Assembly (NCBI GenBank): GCA_028709215.1 | Contig: JAQVXI010000002.1 | Coordinates: forward strand, 12,212 to 76,211 | Direction of reading: 5' to 3' | From: Bacteroidales bacterium | GTDB taxonomy: Bacteria > Bacteroidota > Bacteroidia > Bacteroidales > UBA1402 | Length of the DNA: 64,000 bases | Translations under genes and position numbers: made by a program | Notes under the pieces: model-generated | The model's database searches: none | The model's input: the letters and a program-made list of their open reading frames with translations, nothing else | What the model was told of the DNA's origin: nothing | Part shown: positions 28,606-38,487 of the stretch, piece by piece | Numbering within the stretch: position 1 is the first letter of the stretch | How the letters are laid out: every line of letters starts with the position of its first letter

Positions 28606-29904
28606 ATGGTAAAAAAGAGTGTTTGGGTGTATGTGCTGTTCTTGCTGCTGGGTCTTCAAGCAACGGCGCAAACGGCAGTCGACGACACGATTCGATTGTC
28701 GTTGTCTGTAGAAGAGGCCAATGTACACGCGTTGCAGCACAATCGTACGCTGAAAAAAGCAGGCATGGCGGTGGAACAGGCTGAATGGGAAAAAATTGCG
28801 GCGATTGCGAATTATTTGCCTCAAGTATCTGCGAATGCAAATTATACAGATCATTTGGGCGCGCAATTGACTTTGTTGGGGCAGTCCATTACAATGGAGC
28901 CTTCAAGTACGTTGACCATTCAGGCAACGCAGTTGATTTTTAATGCCAATGCGCTGCTGGGAATGCGCATGGCGGATCTAGCCAAAAAGATGTCTCAAAG
29001 TGGATCTGAGTTGACGCAGTTGGCCATCATTCAAAACGTCAACAGCGTCTATTATTCAATTTTGTCCGCGGAGGATAATCGTCGTTTGTTGCAACAAAAC
29101 GTCGAGAATGTACGCAAGTTGGCGATGGCTACCCGCTCGATGGTTGAGGTCGGTATCAGTGAGCAAACGGAAGCCGATCAAATGGATGTTACCCTTGCCA
29201 ATTTAGAGAATACATTGAAGTCAACCGAGCGTACCATCGAAATCGCTTACAACAGTTTACGCCTTTTATTGGGCGTGGATGCCCACGTGTCTTTGCAATT
29301 GACGGACCGCCTGGGGGAACTTTTGGATACAACGGATGCCTACGGTTTGCTGACAGAACCCTTTGTGATGAATCTCCATCCGGAAGTCAAGACCAGCTTG
29401 CTTTCTGTTGATTTAAAAAAGGAAGAACGACGCATGGCCTTGGCTACGTATTTGCCCAGTATTACAGCGGTTTACCAATACAACGAAAAGTTGAAGACCA
29501 GTGGATTTGATATGACCCTTAAGCAGAACATTACGTTTACGGCAAGTATGCCTTTGTTTTCAAGCGGAGGCAATTATGCCAAGGCTAAGAAAGCTAAATT
29601 GGGGTATTTGAGTGCACAAGAAGATTATCAGATGTTGGTCGACCAAATGGAAATTCAGGACAAACAACTCCGTTACAACCTGAAGAGTGCTTTGGAAACG
29701 TATGAAATCCAACAAAAAAACATTTTGGTCTCCAAACGGGTTTTTGAGAACATCAGTAAAAAATACGAACAAGGTCTATCATCCAGTCTGGAGTTGACCA
29801 ATGCAAGCAACAGTTTGCTGACTGCCCAGGGCAATTATATTGGAGCGGTCATGAATCTGTTGACAGCCAAGGACGAGCTGGCCAAATTGCTCGGAGAACT
29901 ATAA
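28606..29904 (+). CDS. TolC family outer membrane efflux protein
   Basis: Signal ...QATA|QT; YLPQVS, YEQGLSSSLEL helical repeats. Confidence 0.92.
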   Translation: MVKKSVWVYVLFLLLGLQATAQTAVDDTIRLSLSVEEANVHALQHNRTLKKAGMAVEQAEWEKIAAIANYLPQVSANANYTDHLGAQLTLLGQSITMEPSSTLTIQATQLIFNANALLGMRMADLAKKMSQSGSELTQLAIIQNVNSVYYSILSAEDNRRLLQQNVENVRKLAMATRSMVEVGISEQTEADQMDVTLANLENTLKSTERTIEIAYNSLRLLLGVDAHVSLQLTDRLGELLDTTDAYGLLTEPFVMNLHPEVKTSLLSVDLKKEERRMALATYLPSITAVYQYNEKLKTSGFDMTLKQNITFTASMPLFSSGGNYAKAKKAKLGYLSAQEDYQMLVDQMEIQDKQLRYNLKSALETYEIQQKNILVSKRVFENISKKYEQGLSSSLELTNASNSLLTAQGNYIGAVMNLLTAKDELAKLLGEL

Positions 29905-29925
29905 GAATTTAATCATCGGAACGAT

Positions 29926-30951
29926 ATGAAACGAATCAATGTGTCTTTGTTGGCTACACTAGCCGGCGTTATGATGTTTGCTGCCTGCTCAGGAGAAAAG
30001 AAATCTGAGACCGCAGCCGGAGAGGAAACCGTCGAGAATGTACGGGTTATGAAATTACAAAGTAAAACACTCAATCGGACGTTGGAGTATTCGGCCAATG
30101 CTTTGGCTCAGGAGGAAATCAACCTGGTGCCGGTCAGTCCCGGGCGGATTGAGAAGATTATGGTAGAGGTTGGAAGTCGGGTACGCGCCGGTCAGGAATT
30201 GGTCAAAATGGATGCAACCAGTTTGATGCAGGCCAAAATTCAGATTGCGACGCTGGAACAGGATTTTCAACGCTATGAGGTCTTGAAGGAAACGGGAGCC
30301 ATTTCTCAACAGGCATACGATCAAGCCTTGGCTCAATTAAACATTCAAAAAACCAATTTGAAGTATCTGGAACAAAATACAACCATAAAAGCACCTTTTA
30401 CGGGAGTAGTTTCGGCTAAGAATTATGAGAATGGCGAAATGTATTCAGGTGCTCTGCCGATCATTACAGTCTTGCAACTCAATCCCTTGAAAGCCTATAT
30501 TCATATTCCGGAATCGTATTATCCTCAGGTTCAAAAAGGAATGAAAGTAGAGGTGACTTCTGACACCTATCCGGGTGAAACGTTTTCGGCAAGTGTGTAT
30601 AATGTAGCACCTACCGTCAATCCGTCGACACGTACCTTTGAAGTAGAACTTCGCATTTCCAATTCAGGGGAACGTCTGAAGCCGGGTATGTTTATTCGTG
30701 CAAAATTGGCAATGGGCGAAGCTACTGCAATCATGGCGCCTTATCAGGCTGTTTTGAAATTGCAGGGATCTGTTGAACGTTATATGTTTGTTAACAACAA
30801 GGGTGTGGCCAAACGGGTTCGGGTTTCACTGGGACAACGCTTTGATGATCAGATCGAAATCATTGCTGATGGCATTGGTGAAGGGGATGAGATTGTAATC
30901 AGTGGTCAGGCACGTTTGAAGGATGGTGCCAAGTTGAATGTGGTTAAATAA
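29926..30951 (+). CDS. RND efflux periplasmic adaptor (MFP), lipoprotein
   Basis: Lipobox FAAC, GRIEKIMVEVGSRV, IKAPFTGVV, LKPGMF. Confidence 0.95.
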   Translation: MKRINVSLLATLAGVMMFAACSGEKKSETAAGEETVENVRVMKLQSKTLNRTLEYSANALAQEEINLVPVSPGRIEKIMVEVGSRVRAGQELVKMDATSLMQAKIQIATLEQDFQRYEVLKETGAISQQAYDQALAQLNIQKTNLKYLEQNTTIKAPFTGVVSAKNYENGEMYSGALPIITVLQLNPLKAYIHIPESYYPQVQKGMKVEVTSDTYPGETFSASVYNVAPTVNPSTRTFEVELRISNSGERLKPGMFIRAKLAMGEATAIMAPYQAVLKLQGSVERYMFVNNKGVAKRVRVSLGQRFDDQIEIIADGIGEGDEIVISGQARLKDGAKLNVVK

Positions 30952-30962
30952 TACGAAGCAGT

Positions 30963-33900
30963 ATGAGTATTTATAAGAGTGCGGTAAATAAATCGGTGAC
31001 GACCTTGATGGTCTTTGCTGCCATTGTGGTAGCCGGGATCTATTCGTTGGTGAGCCTGCCGATCGATCAATATCCGGAGATGGAACCACCTTATGTTACG
31101 GTGGTTACGAGCTATGCAGGTGCAAATGCTTCTGAAATAGAGACCAATGTATCCAAGCGTTTGGAGGATGCCTTTAACAGTGTTCAAGGAATTAAAGAGG
31201 TTACTTCTACATCCTACGACAATATGTCGGTGGTTAGTATGGAGTTTGAATGGGGTGAAGATTTGGATGATGCGGTCAACGACGTACGCGATGCCATTGA
31301 TTTGATTTATGATGCTTTGCCCGATGGTTGCGATCGACCGAATATCTTCAAGTTGAGTACCAGCATGATGCCCATTCTGATGTATACGGTTACGGCAGAA
31401 GACAGCTATCTGGGTCTGGAAAAACTATTGGATGAGAATGTAGCCAATCCGTTGAAGCGCATCGATGGTATCGGTTCGATATCTGTGATTGGTGCCCCTT
31501 CAAGGTATATTTATGTGGATGTTGATCCAAAAAAACTGGATGCAGCCGGATTAACGCTGGAGCAGGTTTCAAATGCGGTTTCTGCCAATAATCTGAACAT
31601 GCCGGCGGGTACGGTCAAGATGGGCAAGGAAAGCTATCAGTTGCGTGTGGAAGGCGAATTTGATGCCAGCAGCGAAATCAACAACCTGGTTGTTGGTACG
31701 AGCAACGGTGCTTCTGTTTTTATTCGCGACATTGCTCAGGTAAAAGACACATTAAAGGACCTGAGTCTGGAAGAGAAAGCCAACGGTAAGCAGGCGGTTC
31801 GATTGATGGTGACGCGCCAATCCGGAGCCAATACGGTTCAGGTCTGTAATGAGGTGAAAAAGGAATTGGAGTCCTTGCAGAAAGTCATGCCTTCGGATGT
31901 CGAGTTTAGTATGGTTTTTGATTCTTCTGACTTTATCAGCAATTCGGTAAGCAATCTGTCTTCATCCTTGTTTTTTGCGTTGTTGTTTGTTGTGATCGTG
32001 GTGTTGTTTTTTATTGGGAAATGGAGAGCGACCGTTATTATTGCAATGACAATACCGATTTCCTTGGTCGTGGCAGCAATCTATTTGTTTGCGACGGGAA
32101 GTACGTTGAACATAATTTCGCTGTCTTCGTTATCCATTGCCATTGGGATGGTCGTGGACGATGCCATTGTGGTGCTGGAAAACATCATGAAGCACATCAA
32201 GCGGGGTAGCAGTCCGCGGGAAGCCGCCATTTATGCAACCAATGAGGTTTGGGTGTCTGTAATTGTTACAACGTTGGTCATTGTTGCGGTATTTATGCCC
32301 TTGACCTTGGTGGGTGGCATGACGGGGATCATGTTTAAGGAACTCGGATGGATTGTCACCATTACGGTCGTAACCTCAACGATGGCCGCCATCTCGTTGA
32401 CGCCAATGCTTTCCTCTAAGCTGCTTAAAGACACCAAGGAGGGAGAAGGAAAAATGAGCGACTGGTACATCCGAAACATTGAGCGTCGACTGGATGGATT
32501 GGATAATTGGTACGAACGTGTGCTTCGTTGGGCGTTAAGACATAAAAAATCAGTTATTTTTACCTCTCTGGGTTTGTTTGTGGCGTCGATGTTTTTGTTT
32601 CAATTCATTGGGACGGACTTTATGCCAACAACCGACCAAAGTCGTTTGAGTGCAACCATTGAATTGCAAACGGGTACACGGGTAGAAGAAACGATGAAAA
32701 CAACGCAACAGTTGGAGGCTTATATTGTTGAAAATATACCGGAGATTCTGTTGTATGCCTCTTCTACCGGATCCAATGATGAAGGTGGAATCGCATCCGT
32801 GTTTTCCTCTTCCGGAACCAATCTGATCAACTTAAATATGCGGTTGAAGCCAGTGGGTGAGCGTACTCGAAGCGATCAGGATATTGCGGAACAATTACGT
32901 ACCTACTTGGATCAATTACCGGAAATCATCAATTACACGGTGACTGCCGGAGCCCCGGGTATGGGAGGAACCTCAACGGTCGATGTGGAAATTTTAGGTT
33001 ACGATTTTGATCAAACCAATGCGTTGGCTCAGGAGATTAAAGATCGGGTTTCCAGAGTCCCCGGTGCCCGTGATGTTGCAATCAGTCGTAAGAACGATAA
33101 GGCAGAGTTGCAGGTCAATTTGAATAAGGAAAAGCTCGCGTTGCACGGATTAAATTCGGCAACGGTTTCGACGTACATTCGCAATCGGATTAACGGCGCT
33201 ACCGTGGGCTATTTCCGTGAGGAAGGCGATGAATTTGATATTGTAGTCCGCGTACAAGAAGCATATCGAGCCTCCATATCCGATATTGAAGAATTGACCA
33301 TCCCTACCATGACCGGTGGGAAGATTAAGCTCAAAGAACTGGGTGAGGTGAAGGAATATTGGTCACCACCCAACATTGAACACAAACGTCGCGAGCGCAT
33401 CGTTACGGTTTCGATTACACCCTATGGTGTTCCGCTGGGTACGATGGCAGAGCAGATTGTGAAAGAACTGGATCAGGTCGATATCCCTCAGGACATCTTA
33501 ATCAATGTGGGTGGGGCATACGAGGATCAAGTGGAATCGTTCCAGAGTTTGGGCTTGCTTTTGCTCGTCGTTGTGATTCTGGTCTATTTGGTCATGGCTT
33601 CTCAGTTTGAATCGTATGCCAAACCGTTTATCATCATGTTTTCCATACCGTTCTCCTTTACCGGAGTTGCGTTGGCTTTGTTGCTGACGGGTACGGACTT
33701 GAATATGATTGCTGCACTGGGTGTCGTTCTACTGGTCGGTATCGTGGTTAAGAACGGGATCGTGTTGGTCGATTTCATCAATTTGATGCGGGATCGAGGC
33801 TTGGAAGTGAGTGAAGCGATTGCCGTTTCGGGAAAATCCCGTTTGCGTCCTGTGTTGATGACGGCAGCTACAACCATCTTGGGGATGTTCCCTATGGCGC

Positions 33901-34082
33901 TGGGTCTCGGTGAAGGATCCGAAATGTGGGCTCCGATGGGGATTACCATCATTGGTGGATTGTTGATCTCAACGCTGGTTACAATGATTTTGGTTCCCGT
34001 ATTGTATGGGGTCATGGCACGTCACGGAGAACGTGATAAGCAGGATCAGGTCCGCAAGAAGTTTATATTCATGGATAAATAA
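30963..34082 (+). CDS. RND efflux permease (AcrB/AcrD/AcrF family)
   Basis: 1039 aa; VVDDAIVVLEN (proton-relay Asp-Asp), VKNGIVLVDF, RLRPVLMT. Confidence 0.97.
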   Translation: MSIYKSAVNKSVTTLMVFAAIVVAGIYSLVSLPIDQYPEMEPPYVTVVTSYAGANASEIETNVSKRLEDAFNSVQGIKEVTSTSYDNMSVVSMEFEWGEDLDDAVNDVRDAIDLIYDALPDGCDRPNIFKLSTSMMPILMYTVTAEDSYLGLEKLLDENVANPLKRIDGIGSISVIGAPSRYIYVDVDPKKLDAAGLTLEQVSNAVSANNLNMPAGTVKMGKESYQLRVEGEFDASSEINNLVVGTSNGASVFIRDIAQVKDTLKDLSLEEKANGKQAVRLMVTRQSGANTVQVCNEVKKELESLQKVMPSDVEFSMVFDSSDFISNSVSNLSSSLFFALLFVVIVVLFFIGKWRATVIIAMTIPISLVVAAIYLFATGSTLNIISLSSLSIAIGMVVDDAIVVLENIMKHIKRGSSPREAAIYATNEVWVSVIVTTLVIVAVFMPLTLVGGMTGIMFKELGWIVTITVVTSTMAAISLTPMLSSKLLKDTKEGEGKMSDWYIRNIERRLDGLDNWYERVLRWALRHKKSVIFTSLGLFVASMFLFQFIGTDFMPTTDQSRLSATIELQTGTRVEETMKTTQQLEAYIVENIPEILLYASSTGSNDEGGIASVFSSSGTNLINLNMRLKPVGERTRSDQDIAEQLRTYLDQLPEIINYTVTAGAPGMGGTSTVDVEILGYDFDQTNALAQEIKDRVSRVPGARDVAISRKNDKAELQVNLNKEKLALHGLNSATVSTYIRNRINGATVGYFREEGDEFDIVVRVQEAYRASISDIEELTIPTMTGGKIKLKELGEVKEYWSPPNIEHKRRERIVTVSITPYGVPLGTMAEQIVKELDQVDIPQDILINVGGAYEDQVESFQSLGLLLLVVVILVYLVMASQFESYAKPFIIMFSIPFSFTGVALALLLTGTDLNMIAALGVVLLVGIVVKNGIVLVDFINLMRDRGLEVSEAIAVSGKSRLRPVLMTAATTILGMFPMALGLGEGSEMWAPMGITIIGGLLISTLVTMILVPVLYGVMARHGERDKQDQVRKKFIFMDK

Positions 34083-34088
34083 TCAAGT

Positions 34089-34382
34089 ATGAAAGCAGTG
34101 TTTTTAGTATACAACCAAGCCAACACAGAACGTGTTGACTATATGTTTGACCGACTGGCTATCCGTGGATATACTGCATGGGAGCAGGTGACCGGACGCG
34201 GATCCATCGATGGAGAACCTCATTTGGGCAATCATACATGGCCTGAAATGAATTCGGCCGTGTTGACGATGGTCGAGGATGATCGTGTTGATGAATTGTT
34301 GAAGTTTATAAAGAAGCTGGATGAGCGCAACAAGGAAATTGGAGTTCGTGCGTTTGTCTGGAATATTGAGAAGTTCGTATAG
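34089..34382 (+). CDS. PII-like protein (transporter-associated, PG0541-like)
   Basis: 97 aa; IRGYT...VTGRGS..GEPH, PII-like secondary-structure pattern. Confidence 0.75.
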   Translation: MKAVFLVYNQANTERVDYMFDRLAIRGYTAWEQVTGRGSIDGEPHLGNHTWPEMNSAVLTMVEDDRVDELLKFIKKLDERNKEIGVRAFVWNIEKFV

Positions 34383-34403
34383 TTCATTTTCTTTCTGTTT
34401 ATG

Positions 34404-34438
34404 ATTGCACGGGATTCGGTTCCCGTGCAATTTTTTTT
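34404..34438 (+). terminator. Terminator closing the RND-PII operon
   Basis: ATTGCACGGGA-ttcggt-TCCCGTGCAAT plus T run. Confidence 0.88.
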
Positions 34439-34456
34439 ATATTTGCCTGAAAATGC

Positions 34457-35194
34457 ATGGGTATGAATTTGGTGATTGATCAGGGTAATACGGTTTGCAA
34501 ACTAGCCTTGTTTGATGCGGCGTTTGAGCCGGTTCAGGTGATGCACGTTGAACAATTGGATGAAGCGTATGTGCTTGATGTCTTGCGCACGTATGCTCCG
34601 GAGCGATGCATCGTATCTTCGGTACAGTCTGTTTCAGAGAATGTGCTTCATCTGCTGCGCTCCAATGTGGATTTTTTCGAGATGTTGACTTCCAAAACGC
34701 GTTTACCCATTTCCAATGCTTATGCAACACCCGATACATTGGGTGTCGATCGTTTGGCTGCCGCTGTCGGCGCTTGGACCTTGGCAGGCGGAAAGCCGTT
34801 GTTGGTTGTCGATATGGGAACGGCCATCACCTATGACTTTGTGGATCGGGACGGATGTTTCAGAGGAGGAAATATTGCCCCCGGCGTAAACATGCGTTTT
34901 CGAGCCTTGCATCAGGCAACCCATCGCTTACCCTTGATTCAGCCTGAAGTGGATTTCGATGCTTTTGGAAAGGATACTTCTTCTGCCATTCAGGCAGGGG
35001 TGATGCAGGGTGTTCTGCACGAAGTGGAAGGGTATCAGCGATTGTATACACAATTTCAAGGTGAACTTTTGACTTTTTTAACAGGCGGAGACCGTATTTA
35101 TTTTGAGGACAAGCTAAAAAGTAGCATCTTTGTAAACAAAAATTTGTTGCTCATTGGACTCAATCGAATTCTCATACACAATGTTTCTACGTAA
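34457..35194 (+). CDS. coaX: Type III pantothenate kinase
   Basis: IDQGNT, LGVDRLA, VDMGTAITYD, GGNIAPG, TGGD. Confidence 0.96.
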   Translation: MGMNLVIDQGNTVCKLALFDAAFEPVQVMHVEQLDEAYVLDVLRTYAPERCIVSSVQSVSENVLHLLRSNVDFFEMLTSKTRLPISNAYATPDTLGVDRLAAAVGAWTLAGGKPLLVVDMGTAITYDFVDRDGCFRGGNIAPGVNMRFRALHQATHRLPLIQPEVDFDAFGKDTSSAIQAGVMQGVLHEVEGYQRLYTQFQGELLTFLTGGDRIYFEDKLKSSIFVNKNLLLIGLNRILIHNVST

Positions 35195-36419
35195 ATGTTT
35201 TTTTGCCGCAATGCTGTGGTTGTTCGCTTTCACGGGAGTCTATGCACAGAATACAAATTCACCCTACAGTCGGTTTGGCTATGGTTTGCTGGAGACACCT
35301 GCGTTGGGAATGGGAAAATCGATGGGCGGCCTTGGGGTTGGCCTTCGTGAAAGTCAGCACATTAATCCGCTCAACCCGGCGAGTTATTCAGCGGTCGATA
35401 CGATGAATATGCTGTTTGATTTTGGCGTTTCCGCCAGTTATTCACGCATGAAAGAGGGGGATGCCGTGCAGCAAAACCCAAACGGCGGTTTGGATTATGC
35501 CGCCATGAAGTTTGCGCTTAAGCGCAATTGGGGGGTAGCATTGGGGTTGATTCCCTATTCAAAAGTCGGATATTCTTACAGTGATGAACCTGACAATAGT
35601 CCAAATCTTACAGAATATGCTAGTTATGTTGGAACTGGCGGTTTGAACAGCCTCTTTTTGGGAACGGCCTATCAATTGGGCTCAAATCTCTCCGTTGGTT
35701 TGAATTATTCGTATATTTTTGGCACCATCACGCAGAGTAGTTATTCAACTGCAACAATGTCAGAGCAATCTGAATCTGTTAATCCTTCTACATACACTGA
35801 TTATTGGTTTTTGAATGCGTCCAATTTGGAACTGGGTGTTCAGTATGCACAGGCTCTCGGGGCTAAACAACGTCTAGTAGTCGGCTTAACATATTCTGAA
35901 AAGATTTCGATAAATAACGAACTTGTTTCAGTAGAGGTGGCTGTAGATACTCAGGAAAATCATAGTACGTCAGCCTTTGAATTGCCACGCAGCTTGGGTG
36001 TGGGTGTGAGTTGGATTTACGACGAAAAATTGACGGTGGGAATGGATTATCGCTTGCAGAATTGGGGTGATGCTGCCTTTCACGGATCTCGGGATAGTTT
36101 GTCGAATGCTTCCCGATTTGCGTTGGGGGCGTCCTATCTGCCTTCTGTGATGGCCAATCATTACTATCAAGCCATTCAATACCGTGCGGGTTTGTCCTTT
36201 ACGGATTCTTATAGTACTTTAGCCGATGAGAATTTGAAGCAGGTTGCACTGTCCTTAGGTCTGGGTTTGCCTTTACGCAACAACCGGTCAATGATCCATG
36301 TTTCGTTTGAAGCCGGAAGAAATTACATACCATCGGGCTCCTTTATTTCAGAAAATTTTTATAAACTGTCGTTGGATGTCACGTTTAGTGAATCGTGGTT
36401 TTTCAAACGCAAGCTTTAA
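35181..36419 (+). CDS. Outer-membrane beta-barrel protein (FadL/Toluene_X-like)
   Basis: Signal ...GVYA|QN; NSPYSRFGYG, INPLNPASYS, C-terminal WFFKRKL. Confidence 0.75.
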   Translation: MFLRKCFFAAMLWLFAFTGVYAQNTNSPYSRFGYGLLETPALGMGKSMGGLGVGLRESQHINPLNPASYSAVDTMNMLFDFGVSASYSRMKEGDAVQQNPNGGLDYAAMKFALKRNWGVALGLIPYSKVGYSYSDEPDNSPNLTEYASYVGTGGLNSLFLGTAYQLGSNLSVGLNYSYIFGTITQSSYSTATMSEQSESVNPSTYTDYWFLNASNLELGVQYAQALGAKQRLVVGLTYSEKISINNELVSVEVAVDTQENHSTSAFELPRSLGVGVSWIYDEKLTVGMDYRLQNWGDAAFHGSRDSLSNASRFALGASYLPSVMANHYYQAIQYRAGLSFTDSYSTLADENLKQVALSLGLGLPLRNNRSMIHVSFEAGRNYIPSGSFISENFYKLSLDVTFSESWFFKRKL

Positions 36420-36432
36420 TATTTTAAAACCT

Positions 36433-37791
36433 ATGAAGAATAAGCATCTCTTAACAAGCATCCTTTTTTCTGTTTTGGCCCTGAATGCCTTTGCTCAGAA
36501 AGGAGTAGAAGACGGCTCTGTGTTTGGACATGGAGAAGACAGCGTGCGCTGCATCAATAACTTAAGTATTTATATGCCCTATGCCAAGCAGGGGGATTAC
36601 GCCAGTGCGTTGGAGTTTTGGGAAATCGCCTACAACGAATGTCCGGCTTCACGCATCTCTTTGTATATTGATGGTGCTAAGATTCGCTCCTGGCAAATAG
36701 AATCCGCAACGGATCCGGCCAAAAAAGTAGAATATCTCGATAAACTGATGCAGGTTTACGACCAACGGATCAAATATTTTGGAAATACCAAACGTTATCC
36801 GAAAGAAGCTTGGATTCTGGGTCGTAAGGCATTGGATTTCATTAAGTATGCCAGCGATGATGCGGATCTTTCCGGACCACACAGCTGGTTGGAAAAATCA
36901 TTGAAAGATCCTGAGAGTACGGGAGAACCGGTTTATGCGTTGGCATTTATGGATGTGTCCATCAAACAGCTTCGTAAGGATACCAGTTTAATTGAGTCGT
37001 TTGTGAATGATTATCTGTTGGCTTCAAAAGTATTGGATGTTGCCATGTCAGAAGCAAAAGATTCGGCTGAAATCAAGAAGGTCGAAAACTACCGCAACAG
37101 TGTGGATGTGATTTTTTCAAATTCCGGTGTAGCCGATTGCAGTATGATGGAACGCTTGTTTGGCGGAGCTCGTATGGAGGAAAATAAGGAGAATATTTCA
37201 TTCCTGAAAGGTGTTTTATCGGTGATGAAACGAATTAAGTGCACCGATACCGAATTGTATTTTCAGGCTTCCAATTATGTGCATGCCATTCAACCTACGT
37301 CAGAATCGGCCGAAGGTCTAGCCTATCAAGCCATCAAGAAGGAAGATTACACGACGGCTGCAAGTTTTCTGCAGGAAGCACTTTCGATGGAAAAGGACAA
37401 CATGAAGAAGGCTGATTTGGAATACCTTACTGCTACCGTTTTGTTTGCCGCACGTAACAAGTCGGATGCACGCACACATGCGTTGAGAGCAGCCGAGTTG
37501 AATCCGAGCAGCGGTATGCCGTATATTCTAATTGCTAAGATGTATGCATCCAGTACCAATATTTACGCAGGTGATCCGGTTTTGGAACGCTCGGTGTATT
37601 GGGTTGCCGTTGATAAACTGGTTAAGGCACGCTCCGTCGATGCATCCGTTGCAGAAGAAGCCAATTCATTGATTTCAAGCTATTCGGCTCAGTTCCCGCG
37701 CAAAGAAGATGTGTTTATGCATCCTCAAGTCAAAGAAGGCCAATACTTTACCGTAGGTGGCTGGATCGGTGAACGTACAATTTGTCGTTAA
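36433..37791 (+). CDS. Periplasmic TPR protein
   Basis: Signal ...NAFA|QK; TPR-like helices; YWVAVDKL...D, GGWIGERT conserved tail. Confidence 0.8.
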   Translation: MKNKHLLTSILFSVLALNAFAQKGVEDGSVFGHGEDSVRCINNLSIYMPYAKQGDYASALEFWEIAYNECPASRISLYIDGAKIRSWQIESATDPAKKVEYLDKLMQVYDQRIKYFGNTKRYPKEAWILGRKALDFIKYASDDADLSGPHSWLEKSLKDPESTGEPVYALAFMDVSIKQLRKDTSLIESFVNDYLLASKVLDVAMSEAKDSAEIKKVENYRNSVDVIFSNSGVADCSMMERLFGGARMEENKENISFLKGVLSVMKRIKCTDTELYFQASNYVHAIQPTSESAEGLAYQAIKKEDYTTAASFLQEALSMEKDNMKKADLEYLTATVLFAARNKSDARTHALRAAELNPSSGMPYILIAKMYASSTNIYAGDPVLERSVYWVAVDKLVKARSVDASVAEEANSLISSYSAQFPRKEDVFMHPQVKEGQYFTVGGWIGERTICR

Positions 37792-37792
37792 A

Positions 37793-38404
37793 ATGATTCA
37801 TCGTTTTTCGATCGTATTTAAAAGCGGAATCATGAGCCCCCTGCTCGTGATTCTGCTTTTGTTCTTTTCGTGTGCACAGGAAAATAAAGAGTTTGTCGCC
37901 GGTTTTTCCGATCGGAAACAGGTTGCCAGCATGCGTACGGATTCGGTCACGACATTGATCTCCGATTCGGGACGCATTCGGTATCGGGTTATTACGGAAA
38001 AATGGGAAGTCTTCGATCAGGCTTCGGATCCCTATTGGTATTTCCCGTCACGTGTTTATTTTGAGCGATTTGACGACAGCATGCGGGTGGAGTCGGTGGT
38101 CCGCTGTGATACGGCCACGTATTTCTCACGACGCCGATTGTGGGTGCTCAAGAAGAATGTACACATTACAAATTTGAATGGGGATGTATTTGAAACGCCT
38201 CTAATGTATTGGGATCAGCGTGCGCAACGCGTTTATTCGGATTCCTTTATCCGAATCGAGAAAGAAAACATCCTGTTGTCCGGTTACGGCTTTGAATCCA
38301 ATCAAACATTGACCAAATACACCATATTTAAGCCCAACGGACCCATCACGTTGGATGAAACGGAAGCAGATTCGACCATAGTGGAACAGGATACACTAAA
38401 ATAA
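37793..38404 (+). CDS. lptC: LPS export periplasmic protein LptC
   Basis: TLISDSGRIRYR, FETPLMYWDQ, YSDSFIRI, GYGFESNQ. Confidence 0.85.
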   Translation: MIHRFSIVFKSGIMSPLLVILLLFFSCAQENKEFVAGFSDRKQVASMRTDSVTTLISDSGRIRYRVITEKWEVFDQASDPYWYFPSRVYFERFDDSMRVESVVRCDTATYFSRRRLWVLKKNVHITNLNGDVFETPLMYWDQRAQRVYSDSFIRIEKENILLSGYGFESNQTLTKYTIFKPNGPITLDETEADSTIVEQDTLK

Positions 38405-38487
38405 CCCAGGATAAAGTCTTTTTTCTTTGTTTTTTTGTATATTCGCAGGCTGAAACGAAACGTACTATAATTTAACAGATTTTTTAT

